Shown one piece after another: positions 8,882-18,031 of a DNA stretch of 52,924 nt. This stretch comes from an uncultured Bacilli bacterium (GTDB lineage Bacteria > Bacillota_I > Bacilli_A > RFN20 > CAG-826): positions 1 through 52,924 of the forward strand of contig CALVOS010000025.1 in assembly GCA_944350325.1 (NCBI GenBank). Reading direction: 5' to 3'. The translations under genes and the position numbers were made by a program. Numbering within the stretch: position 1 is the first letter of the stretch; every line of letters begins with the position of its first letter. Under the pieces are notes generated by a model. That model was not told the origin of the DNA, made no database searches, and worked only from the letters and a program-made list of their open reading frames with translations.

Positions 8882-10780
8882 ATGAAGAAGCAAGTCCTCC
8901 TATTTGCCGCCCTGGCATTCCTTCTCGTCGGGTGCGACTTTGGTTCCGCAAGCGAGTCCTCCAGCCTTTCGAGCAGCTATTCGCCGGTCTACGTCCCGGA
9001 GGAGGAATACCAGGTTCCGGAGGACGTGGGGGATCCTGTCGTCCTGGATGGGACGCTTTCCGTCTCCCTGGACGAGGTCCTCGTCGAGGAGGAGGAAGGT
9101 GGACGGATCTATTTCCCCGTTCAGTCCGGGGAGGACGAGGTCCTCTTTCGCGTGGAAGGCGGGACTCTCCTTGAGGACGGGAGCCTTCATCTCGCGCAGG
9201 GAGGATATCTGACGAACGTGACGCCCATCCAGGGCATTCGGGACGTCGCCTGGGAGGGGGAGTCTTCCGATGGGGCCTTCCCGATGGAGCGTGCCTCGGG
9301 CATGCCGATCGTAGATCCGTTCCTCGGCGCCTACGTGACGGAAGGGACTAACGCCCTCCCGAGCGATACGGATGGCCTCTTCTTCTCCATCGGCCCCTCG
9401 CTTGGCACGTTGAATCTTGATGGGTTCTCGATCGGAACGAGGACGGATTCCTCGGTCGAGCCTAATGGAAAGGTGAGCGACCTCTCCTTCTATTCCCTGA
9501 ACGACACCCACGGGGCCGTCTCCCTGAACGAGGGGAACGGCGAGCCCGGGATCGCCATCCTCGGGAGCTATCTGAGGGAGGGGGCGTGGAGCAACCCGGA
9601 CGGCACAGTCATCCTTTCCGCGGGGGACATGTGGCAGGGCACGGCGGATAGCAACCTCACCCATGGAGGGATCATGGTCGACTGGATGAACCTCGTCGGC
9701 TTCGACGCGATGAGCATCGGGAACCACGAGTTCGACTGGGGGGTCTCCTACATCGAGGAGAATCTTGCCAAGGCGAACTTCCCCTTCCTGGGAATCAACA
9801 TCCGCGACCCGGAAGGGAACGCGCCTTACTGGGCGGCTCCTTCCACGATCATCCAGAGGGGCGGATGGAGGATCGGGGTTGTCGGGGCGATCGGCGATCT
9901 CGAGAGCAGCATCGCGGTCAGTTCCCTCGGCGGCTACGAGCTGAGGGACGACTTCCGGGGCCTGAGCGAGGAGGAAGCCAAGAGACTTAAGGAAGAAGAG
10001 GACTGCGACTTTGTCCTGATTCTCGTGCATAACGGATCGTTTCCGATCAGCGCCGAGGGGTCTAAGTACATCGACCTCGTCTTCGAGGGGCATACCCATC
10101 GGGGATATGTTGACGTCGACGCATACGGGATCCCTCACGCGCAAGGGTGGGCCAATGGTGGCCATCTGAACCGTCTCGACTTCTCCTATGTGGAGAGGAC
10201 GGGTTCCTTCCGTTATGAGGGCGCTACCCAGCACGGCGGCTACGAGATGGTTTACGAAGGCGTTTCGGACAAGGACGTCGAGAGGCTTATCGAGCAGTAT
10301 TCCTCCCTCATCGACCCCATCAAGAACGAGGTTCTCGATCCTTACTTCCCGGGGATGACGGAGTCCGAGATCGCGGTCTATAGCACCGAGGCCATGCTCC
10401 GCTACTACCAGGGGAAGTACGAGGGGCGCTACGAGATCGTCGCCGCCTTCAGCAACACGGGCTGCGCGAGGACAAGCCTCTCGAGCGGGCCCCTTACCTA
10501 CGGGAGCCTCTACCAGGCCCTCCCCTTCGATAACGACAACGTGCTCGTGGAGCTTTCGGGACAGTCGCTCTCCTATCTTCTTGGGGACGGATACCTTGCC
10601 GCGGCTAGCGAGCTCTCCCGGTGGGAAGTCGATCTCGACAAGAAGGACTACCACGCGATCGTCCTTTCCTACGTCTCCGAGAAGGCCGAGTACGCCAGGA
10701 TGATGGCAGAGATCGAACGCGATAGTCAGAATCGGCAGAGGGACATCTTCGCGGATGCGATCCGGAATGGGGACTACTGA
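8882..10780 (+). CDS. lipoprotein, metallophosphoesterase / 5'-nucleotidase family
   Basis: Signal peptide with lipobox: MKKQVLLFAALAFLLVGC. Calcineurin-like motifs: NDTHGA, GDMWQGT, GNHEFDWG, LVHNG, GHTHRG. The C-terminal part is a 5'-nucleotidase-like domain. Confidence 0.8.
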   Translation: MKKQVLLFAALAFLLVGCDFGSASESSSLSSSYSPVYVPEEEYQVPEDVGDPVVLDGTLSVSLDEVLVEEEEGGRIYFPVQSGEDEVLFRVEGGTLLEDGSLHLAQGGYLTNVTPIQGIRDVAWEGESSDGAFPMERASGMPIVDPFLGAYVTEGTNALPSDTDGLFFSIGPSLGTLNLDGFSIGTRTDSSVEPNGKVSDLSFYSLNDTHGAVSLNEGNGEPGIAILGSYLREGAWSNPDGTVILSAGDMWQGTADSNLTHGGIMVDWMNLVGFDAMSIGNHEFDWGVSYIEENLAKANFPFLGINIRDPEGNAPYWAAPSTIIQRGGWRIGVVGAIGDLESSIAVSSLGGYELRDDFRGLSEEEAKRLKEEEDCDFVLILVHNGSFPISAEGSKYIDLVFEGHTHRGYVDVDAYGIPHAQGWANGGHLNRLDFSYVERTGSFRYEGATQHGGYEMVYEGVSDKDVERLIEQYSSLIDPIKNEVLDPYFPGMTESEIAVYSTEAMLRYYQGKYEGRYEIVAAFSNTGCARTSLSSGPLTYGSLYQALPFDNDNVLVELSGQSLSYLLGDGYLAAASELSRWEVDLDKKDYHAIVLSYVSEKAEYARMMAEIERDSQNRQRDIFADAIRNGDY

Positions 10781-11627
10781 GGAGGTAGCCCTCGTCATCC
10801 AAGGGGGCGGGACCAGGGCCGCCTATGCGGCCGGAGCCCTCGACGTTCTGATGAAGGAGGGGATCTCCTTTCCTCTCGTGGTCGGAACCTCGGCAGGCGC
10901 GCTCCTCGGGGTCAACTACATCTCCGGGGATCGCGGGAGGAGCGCCGCCCTCCTGACCTACGGGATGGACGACAGGAAGCTCCTTTCGCCCCTCAATCTC
11001 CTGCGAAAGGGCTCAATCTACGATTTTCACTACCTCTTCTATGTTCTCCCAGACCGAGGACTTCCCTTCAACTATTCTCGATTTCGGAAAAATGAGGCGG
11101 AGTTCTATGCGGTTTCCACATCGCTTCTTTCTGGGAAGGCGCATCTAGTGGAGAAAGGGGACAAGGACTTCTGGCCAGGGCTTGCCGCCTCCTGCTCCCT
11201 CCCCTTCCTTTCCCGACCCGTTTCTGTCGGGGAGGACGTTTGCCTCGATGGAGGTATTGTCGCCTCCGTTCCCTTCCGTGAGGCGGTTTCCTTGGGATCA
11301 AGGAGGGTCGTCTGCATCCTAACGAGGGAAAAGGGCTATCGGAAGCCTCCGACCGGGAAGCGCAAGAGAATCCTCGCCAGTCGCCTGTATGCCGAGTATC
11401 CGCTGGCGGAGCCGCTCCTGATGAATTCCTCCAAGGCCTACAACGACTCGATGGAGGAGCTGGATCGTCTGGAACAGGAGGGAAAGGCCTTTCTCCTCTA
11501 CCCTTCCAAGCCGCCTCGCGTGTCCGTTGCCGAACGGGACGGGAGGAAGCTTCTTCCTCTCGTTGAGCTCGGCTCCTCCGACATGTCATCCCGCATGGAG
11601 GCGCTACGCGCCTTCCTTGCTTCATAA
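10755..11627 (+). CDS. patatin-like phospholipase
   Basis: Motifs GGGTRAAYAAG (oxyanion hole), GTSAGA (GxSxG) and LDGG (catalytic Asp). The start is either 10755 or 10767. Confidence 0.8.
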   Translation: MRSGMGTTEEVALVIQGGGTRAAYAAGALDVLMKEGISFPLVVGTSAGALLGVNYISGDRGRSAALLTYGMDDRKLLSPLNLLRKGSIYDFHYLFYVLPDRGLPFNYSRFRKNEAEFYAVSTSLLSGKAHLVEKGDKDFWPGLAASCSLPFLSRPVSVGEDVCLDGGIVASVPFREAVSLGSRRVVCILTREKGYRKPPTGKRKRILASRLYAEYPLAEPLLMNSSKAYNDSMEELDRLEQEGKAFLLYPSKPPRVSVAERDGRKLLPLVELGSSDMSSRMEALRAFLAS

Positions 11628-11643
11628 GAGCAATCTCATAGGT

Positions 11644-11649
11644 TAGGAT
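11644..11649 (+). promoter_or_regulatory. -10 hexamer TAGGAT, leaderless-type promoter
   Basis: Lies 7 nt upstream of the ATG at 11657. No SD. Confidence 0.45.
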
Positions 11650-11656
11650 AGCCCGC

Positions 11657-12676
11657 ATGAACAAGAACGACCGGAAGAAAGGGCGCGGGGATCGGGGCCT
11701 TGTGAACCCTGACTACACGAAGACTTTCCCGGTCTATCGGGAGACGACGCTCCTCGAGTTCCTCAAAGGCAAGCTCCCCCAGCAGTCGGAGAAGAACGTC
11801 AAGCGCATCATCATGAACCACCAGGTCGCGGTGGGAGGGGTCCCTACCGACCTCTTTCGCTTCCCGCTTTATCCGGAGGACGAGGTGACGCTTTCCTGGA
11901 CGCCGATCCGCAAGAGGGCCCCTCGGCCGATCCCCATCCTTTTCGAGGACGAGGACATCATCGCGATCGACAAGCCGAGCGGGCTTCTCTCGGTCGCAAG
12001 CGACAGGGAGAAGGGCCGGACCGCCTACCGCATGGTTTCCGAATACGTCGAGGGCAAGAGGCGCGGCTCGCGCATCTTTGTCGTTCATCGGCTGGACGAG
12101 GACACTTCGGGGGTCCTCATATTCGCCAAGAGGATCGAGGTGCGGGAGGCCCTTCAGAAGGACTGGCAGAGGATCGTCCGTAGGCGGGGGTACTACGCCA
12201 TCGTTGAAGGGGAGGACATTCCGGAGGAAGGCCGGCTCAAGGACTATCTCGCCCAGGATCGGACGCAGAAGGTCTTCGTAACCCGCTGGAAGGAGAAGGG
12301 GAAGCTCGCGATCACCAACTACAGGGTCGTCGCTAGGAAAGGGGGCTATGCCCTCCTTGACGTCAATATCGAGAGCGGAAGGAAGAACCAGATCCGCGTT
12401 CAGCTCGGGAACATTGGCCATTACGTCATCGGCGACGACAAGTATGGCGAGCCTTCCGACCCCCTCGGAAGGCTTGGCCTCCATGCCTACGAGCTGAGCT
12501 TCCGGAACCCTTTGACGGGGAAGGACTATGACATTCGCTCCTCCTTGCCTAAGGCATTCAAGTCCATGTTCTTCAAAACTCACGAGGAAGAAAGGGAGGA
12601 ACAAAGGGAGAAGGCGAAGGAGAGAATGGCAAGGGAGGAAGGGAGACGCGCTCCCTTCAGGAGGAGGCGCAAGTGA
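11657..12676 (+). CDS. RluA-family pseudouridine synthase (RluD-like, with S4 domain)
   Basis: Motifs HRLDEDTSGVLIFAK (catalytic Asp) and GRKNQIRVQL. It has a highly basic/acidic C-terminal tail. Confidence 0.85.
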   Translation: MNKNDRKKGRGDRGLVNPDYTKTFPVYRETTLLEFLKGKLPQQSEKNVKRIIMNHQVAVGGVPTDLFRFPLYPEDEVTLSWTPIRKRAPRPIPILFEDEDIIAIDKPSGLLSVASDREKGRTAYRMVSEYVEGKRRGSRIFVVHRLDEDTSGVLIFAKRIEVREALQKDWQRIVRRRGYYAIVEGEDIPEEGRLKDYLAQDRTQKVFVTRWKEKGKLAITNYRVVARKGGYALLDVNIESGRKNQIRVQLGNIGHYVIGDDKYGEPSDPLGRLGLHAYELSFRNPLTGKDYDIRSSLPKAFKSMFFKTHEEEREEQREKAKERMAREEGRRAPFRRRRK

Positions 12677-15600
12677 TCCGCAAGGGCGGCGAGGCTGCGG
12701 CAACAAAGAGGAAATTCTCCTTTGAATGGGGGAATTGCGTGGATTTCCTTCGCCTGAAAGCCCCTTTCCCTTTCGATAGAGGTTCCCTCTTCTACTACGC
12801 CCTGCTGATCCTGGCCGTCGCCTTCCTCTGGATGGCATACGCCATCTTCGTCAACCAGTTCTCCGTCCTCTACGGCTGGGACTACAGCTCCCAGTACGTG
12901 ACCATGTCCTATGCCTTCCGCGACATGTGGTGGGACTTCCTGAAGACCGGGTCCTTCCCGCTTTATTCCTTCGAGACTTTCCTCGGCACGGATAACATCG
13001 GCAGCAACTCCTACTACGGGCTCTTCGATCCTTTCCTCATACCCCTCCTGATATTCCCTCGCTCGTGGGCGCCGCAGATGTTCGTGCTTGCGGCGATGCT
13101 GAAGGGGGTTGCCTCTGCCTTGGCCATGAGGGCCTACCTTCGCTACATGGGCGTCAAGGAGGGTTCATCGCGGGTCGGCGGCGTTGCCTACGCCTTCTCG
13201 GGCTACCTTAACTTCATGGTGGGCTTCCCCAGCTATCTTTCGATGGCGTTCACGCTTCCTTTGCTCCTCCTGGGAATCGAGAAGGCGCTCAGGGAGAGGA
13301 AGCCCGCGACCATCGCGATCACGCTCATGCTCTTGGGGATGATCTCCTTCTTCTTCCTCGTCGTCTTCCTGATCTTCGGGGCGATGTACGCCCTCTGGCG
13401 CTTCATCCAGACGATGAGGAGGAGAAACACGAAGGAGAACCTCCTTGCCCTCGCCGCCGGGGTCGGGGGCGTCCTTATCGGCATCGCCCTTTGCGCCTGG
13501 GTTCTCCTTCCTTCCGTCCGCGAGACGTCCCTTTCCGGAAGGACCACCTCCGTCGGAGCGGCATACCTTGCGGCGATCAAGGAGGCCTTCTCCGAAATGA
13601 ACGTTCCGGACCTCGTCGCCCTTCTCTTCATGCCGGTCGGAGGGAACGCAGCCCGCGAGTACCAGGGGCTCATCGGCTTCTTCTATCCCACCTGCAACTA
13701 CCTATGGCTTCCTCTGGCAAAGACGACGGATAGCTATTCCTATGACTCCTGGACGGCTTCCCTCTTCTGCTACACGCCGATGATCATTCTCTTCTTCACC
13801 TCCTTCGTTCATAACCTGAAGAAGGGAAAGTGGTCGCATCTCCTTGCCTTCTCGATCTGCTTCTATTTCCTGTTCACGAACCTTGCCTACTACCTCTTCT
13901 ACGCCTTCGCGGGGGACGGCTACGGGCGCTGGTACATCGTCCTCGTCCCGCTGATCATCCTTTACGCCGCGGAAGAGCTGGACCGCCTGCCCACGGAGAG
14001 GCCTTCCACCCTGATCGCAGGGAGCCTCATCTCCCTCCTCGGGACCATCCTCGCCTTCCTCATCCCCTACTTCGCCCTTCAGGACAAGACCATCCCGAAC
14101 TGGCTCGAGGACGGCTACGCGCACCAGGACTACGATGTCCCCGGTATCGCCTCCTTCCGCGGGATCACCACGCGGTTGACCTGGATCATCTACTATCAGA
14201 TCGGCCTTCTCGTCATCGAGTCGGGGGTCATCTTCTACCTGAAGGACAGGAAGTTCCTCTGGAAGGCGCTTTTCGCCTTCCTCGTACTCGAGATCACCGT
14301 CTCGGGGAACCTCTCCTTCTTCTACGGATCGATGCATTCCTATAGCTCCTGGCTAGGGGGGAATGCCGCGCTCGAGACGGCGAACTCCCTCTTCGAGAAG
14401 GCCTACGAGGAGGAAGGGGACGGCTACTTCCGCGCCTATAGCGACCTGAATCCCGACAGGAACACGAGCATGGCTTATGGCTATAACGGGACGAGCCACT
14501 TCCACTCCCTCTTCAACTACGACGTCGCCGACCTCGCCCGCTATAGCTACATCACGAACAACGAGGGGACCGGCTCCGCCTTCGGGGAAGACATCGTCAC
14601 GAAGTCCTGGTCCGCCTACTACGGGAACAAGCGCGCCGGGTTCGACCTCGCCCTTGGGACGAAGTACTACCTGGTCATGGACGAGGGCTATCCCCATGGC
14701 TACGACGACTTCCAGCCGAACGTCCCCTTCGGAAGCGAGCTGATTGCCGAGGAGAACGGCTTCCGCCTCTACGAAAGCCCCTACGCGGACAGGATCGGGC
14801 TTGGGCACCGGGTTAAGCATCTTTATGCAGAAGGGCTCGACGAGGAGTCCTCGACAAGGAACAGGAGCGATTTCTTCAGCGACTCCTCCGGCGTGACCGC
14901 GGCCAAGGAAATCCTGAGGAACGAGCAGGCCTACCTCTCGGGAGCGATCCTCCAGGACGAGGACGTGGAAAGCGTCCTTGCGGAACTGAACGCCGAAGGA
15001 GGGGGGAGGGAGCTGGAGCCTGCCCCCATCGCCCACCCCAGCTCCGCCCTGCTCACCTCCCTTTCCTCCGTCACGAAGGCGACCTACATCGAGACCGTGC
15101 ACGGGAGAGGGATCGACTATGGCTACTACGCCTACGACGAGGAACTGGGGGTCGACTGGGATCCCGGCTACTTCCTCACCTACCGCGAGGAGCATGGCTC
15201 CGACTACTCCTCCCCGGATAGCCCGATCCTCTTGGAGCGAGCGCACACCGCCCAGCAGTCGGTCGTGCGCGACTTCGGCAAGGTGGTCATCGAGCCGACG
15301 GGAGACAGGGAATACCTGAACGAGGATCCGGAGGGCGCCTACTTCGTCCTCGACATGACCCTCAGCTCCGGGATGGACGCTCCCCGCGTCTATTTCATCG
15401 GGGACAGGGACGTCGACAGGGACGGGGTCGACGAGCATAACGTCGTCCTTTCCTATGACTACAACATGATGAGCAACTGGACCGGGCACTACGTCCGCTA
15501 CTCCGGGGACGTGTTCGGCTTCTATGTCCCAGGGAAGGCGCGCTATGCCGTCTTCTGCTTCAAGGGGAGCGGGCTTGCCACCTTGTCCACGCCAACTCTA

Positions 15601-16032
15601 TACGTGCAGGAGCGCTCCTCCTTCGACCAGAACGTCGAGGAGCACTTGACGGGGGAGAACGCGCTGAAGGACGTGAGCTTCTCGACGGACTGCTTCTCCT
15701 TCCGAAGCGACTACGACGCCCCGGAGCTCGTCGCGACCGTTCTTGGCTACGATGCCGGCTGGTCCTTGACGGGGGCGAACGGGGAAGAGACCGTCTCTCC
15801 CCACGTCTATAAGCTGGATGGCGGACTCGTCGGATTCGTGCTCCCTTCGGGTGAGTGGGAATGGACGCTTCGCTATCGGACTCCAGGGCTCGATCTGGGC
15901 GTCGGGCTAGCGATGGGAGGCGTCGCGGCCCTCGGGGTCTACTTCCTCGGGGTCTTCCTCTACCGCCAGAAGGAAAGCGAGCGGCTCCGGAAGGAACCGC
16001 CCGCGGAAGAAACGAGCTCGGGCAAGGCCTAG
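12673..16032 (+). CDS. yfhO: YfhO-family polytopic membrane glycosyltransferase-like protein
   Basis: 1119 aa. Many TM helices in the first ~560 aa, with YfhO-like motifs (YGWDYSSQY, NSYYGLFDP). A large extracytoplasmic C-terminal domain is followed by a terminal TM helix. The GTG start overlaps the rluD-like stop (GTGA). Confidence 0.7.
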   Translation: MIRKGGEAAATKRKFSFEWGNCVDFLRLKAPFPFDRGSLFYYALLILAVAFLWMAYAIFVNQFSVLYGWDYSSQYVTMSYAFRDMWWDFLKTGSFPLYSFETFLGTDNIGSNSYYGLFDPFLIPLLIFPRSWAPQMFVLAAMLKGVASALAMRAYLRYMGVKEGSSRVGGVAYAFSGYLNFMVGFPSYLSMAFTLPLLLLGIEKALRERKPATIAITLMLLGMISFFFLVVFLIFGAMYALWRFIQTMRRRNTKENLLALAAGVGGVLIGIALCAWVLLPSVRETSLSGRTTSVGAAYLAAIKEAFSEMNVPDLVALLFMPVGGNAAREYQGLIGFFYPTCNYLWLPLAKTTDSYSYDSWTASLFCYTPMIILFFTSFVHNLKKGKWSHLLAFSICFYFLFTNLAYYLFYAFAGDGYGRWYIVLVPLIILYAAEELDRLPTERPSTLIAGSLISLLGTILAFLIPYFALQDKTIPNWLEDGYAHQDYDVPGIASFRGITTRLTWIIYYQIGLLVIESGVIFYLKDRKFLWKALFAFLVLEITVSGNLSFFYGSMHSYSSWLGGNAALETANSLFEKAYEEEGDGYFRAYSDLNPDRNTSMAYGYNGTSHFHSLFNYDVADLARYSYITNNEGTGSAFGEDIVTKSWSAYYGNKRAGFDLALGTKYYLVMDEGYPHGYDDFQPNVPFGSELIAEENGFRLYESPYADRIGLGHRVKHLYAEGLDEESSTRNRSDFFSDSSGVTAAKEILRNEQAYLSGAILQDEDVESVLAELNAEGGGRELEPAPIAHPSSALLTSLSSVTKATYIETVHGRGIDYGYYAYDEELGVDWDPGYFLTYREEHGSDYSSPDSPILLERAHTAQQSVVRDFGKVVIEPTGDREYLNEDPEGAYFVLDMTLSSGMDAPRVYFIGDRDVDRDGVDEHNVVLSYDYNMMSNWTGHYVRYSGDVFGFYVPGKARYAVFCFKGSGLATLSTPTLYVQERSSFDQNVEEHLTGENALKDVSFSTDCFSFRSDYDAPELVATVLGYDAGWSLTGANGEETVSPHVYKLDGGLVGFVLPSGEWEWTLRYRTPGLDLGVGLAMGGVAALGVYFLGVFLYRQKESERLRKEPPAEETSSGKA

Positions 16033-16905
16033 CTAGGCTCCGCCCTTTCCCTTGTTCCTCAGGTAGATATCGTAGACCTCGCCTTTCTTCATGCCGAATC
16101 GCTCCGCGACGGCCTTCGTCGCGTGGCCCGGCGACTGGCGGAGCAGCTCCTCCCTGAGGGCCTCGAGGATCGTAGGCTCGTCGGGGATGGGAAGGGCCTC
16201 TTCCCTCGCCCCTTCGACGACGATGACCATTTCTCCCTTAAGGGCCTCTTGCTGGACGAGGTCGCTCAGTTCCTGGAGGGTGCCTCGGATATATTCCTCG
16301 TGGACCTTGGTGAGCTCACGCGCGATGCAGGCGTCCCGTTTCCCCAGGATCCTTGCCATGGCAGGGATGGTGTCGGCTATCCGATGCGGAGCTTCGTAGA
16401 AGACGATGGTCGTGCGAAGGCTCTTGAGGGAACGGAGTTCCTTCTCCCTCTCCCTTGCCCTCGGGGGAAGGAAGCCATAGAAGAAGAAGCGGTCGCTCAT
16501 GAGGCCGGATCCAAGGAGAGCCGGGAGAAGCGCGGATGGTCCGTTGACTACGGAAACCTTGATGCCGTTCTGAACCATGTTGCGGACGAGCCTTGCCCCC
16601 GGATCGCTGAGGAGCGGGTATCCGGCGTCGGACATGTAGGCGACCTTCTTCCCTGCTAGAAGCAGCGAGACGATTTTGTCCGAGGCTTCCTCCTCGTTAT
16701 GCTCATGGCAGGAGATGAAGGGCTTCTTAACACCGATTTTCTGGAGAAGGAGCGAGGAATTGCGGGTATCTTCAGCGGCAATGTAGTCCATATCCTGGAC
16801 TACCTCGCGGAAGCGGTCGCTCACCTCCCCGAGGTTTCCGATGGGGGTTGCCACCAGGTAGAGGAGCGGTCCTCCGGAAAAGCTAGCGTCCCTCCTTAGG
16901 GCCAT
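16033..16905 (-). CDS. rsmI: 16S rRNA (cytidine1402-2'-O)-methyltransferase
   Basis: LYLVATPIGNLGEVS and AAEDTR motifs. A strong SD (GGAGGGGGG) lies upstream of the ATG. Confidence 0.9.
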   Translation of the reverse strand: MALRRDASFSGGPLLYLVATPIGNLGEVSDRFREVVQDMDYIAAEDTRNSSLLLQKIGVKKPFISCHEHNEEEASDKIVSLLLAGKKVAYMSDAGYPLLSDPGARLVRNMVQNGIKVSVVNGPSALLPALLGSGLMSDRFFFYGFLPPRAREREKELRSLKSLRTTIVFYEAPHRIADTIPAMARILGKRDACIARELTKVHEEYIRGTLQELSDLVQQEALKGEMVIVVEGAREEALPIPDEPTILEALREELLRQSPGHATKAVAERFGMKKGEVYDIYLRNKGKGGA

Positions 16906-18031
16906 TCCCCCCTCCGTTCTGGCCTCCGCGGCCGTGGTGGCGGTGACGGCGGCGACCCTTTCCGTTTCCCTGAACCTTCTGCCCTTGCGGGGCGGGGGAC
17001 TGGGCGCCTTTCCTTTCCTGCTTGCCCTGTCCCTTTTCCTGCCGGGGCTTCCGTCCTTCCTGGCCAGGCCTTCCTCCCCGGGGCTCGCGTTCTTCCCTAG
17101 GAGCCTTCTCCTCGGTCCTCAGAACGGGGACAACAGGTTCGGAAAGAAGGTCCATGGGCCTTTCCTTCGGCTTTCTCTCGACGGGCTTGGGCCCCTTGCC
17201 CGTGAGGTAGAGAAGCTCCTCGAGCGAGAGGACGCGGCTTTCGTCCTTCGAGGTCACCTTCAGGGTTCTGCTGATGACGTTATAGGAGTCGACCCTCCAT
17301 TCCTTTCCCTCGAAGCGTTGGATGCTCCCGACGCCTGGGAACTCCTTCCTTGCGTCCGTATAGAGCTGGTCTTCGAAAAGGAGGCAGCACATCAGCTTTC
17401 CGCATTGCCCGGAGATCTTCGCCGTGTTGAGGCTGAGGCCCTGGTTCTTCGCCCGGCTGATCGAGATTCCCTCGAAACGCCTCAGGAAGCGGGTGCAGCA
17501 GATGGGGAGCCCGCAGATGCCGACCCCGCCGATCATCTGGGCCTTGTCGCGCGGGGCGACGGAAAGGAGGGTGAGCTTCGTACACTCGAGACGTTCCTTG
17601 AGGATGGGGAGGAGCTCGCGGAAATCCACGCGCGCGTCGCTTGTGAAGTAGAGATTCAGGTTCTTGCCTTCTAGATCGTAGGCCCCGTCAAGGAAGCGCA
17701 TCCCGAGGTTCAGGCGCTCGCTTTCCTCCTTCGCGACCTCGAGGGCGAAGGAGGCTTCCTTCCTGCCGAGCTCGAGGTTCTTGATGTCGTCCTCGTCCGC
17801 GCGCCTCACCAGGGGGCGGATGCGCTCGCTCTCATCCCCCTCATACTTCCTTCGTTCGAAAGGAAGGGACTCGACGATCCCGACGGTGAGCCCGCTATCG
17901 CCTTCGATCACGACGGCCTCGCCTTTGCGGAGGTCCTCGATGATGGTCGCGTAGTAGCGCGCCTTCATCGTATGGGGCGCCCGGACGGCGACGTACTTTA
18001 TGGTATCCAGCATCGTTTCCTGATCGTTCAT
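16883..18031 (-). CDS. ricT: PSP1-domain protein RicT/YaaT with a long basic tail
   Basis: The PSP1 domain carries a Cys cluster (GICGLPICC...CGKLMCCL). About 100 extra C-terminal residues are rich in R/G/K/Q. Confidence 0.85.
   Translation of the reverse strand: MNDQETMLDTIKYVAVRAPHTMKARYYATIIEDLRKGEAVVIEGDSGLTVGIVESLPFERRKYEGDESERIRPLVRRADEDDIKNLELGRKEASFALEVAKEESERLNLGMRFLDGAYDLEGKNLNLYFTSDARVDFRELLPILKERLECTKLTLLSVAPRDKAQMIGGVGICGLPICCTRFLRRFEGISISRAKNQGLSLNTAKISGQCGKLMCCLLFEDQLYTDARKEFPGVGSIQRFEGKEWRVDSYNVISRTLKVTSKDESRVLSLEELLYLTGKGPKPVERKPKERPMDLLSEPVVPVLRTEEKAPREEREPRGGRPGQEGRKPRQEKGQGKQERKGAQSPAPQGQKVQGNGKGRRRHRHHGRGGQNGGGNGPKEGR

Noticed and set aside
8900-10798. 632-aa minus-strand ORF mirroring the 632-aa plus-strand lipoprotein gene
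   Set aside because: It is antisense to a gene with a clear lipobox and metallophosphatase motifs. The translation is Arg/Pro/Gly/Asp-rich with no recognisable motif. Long stop-free antisense frames are expected in high-GC coding DNA.
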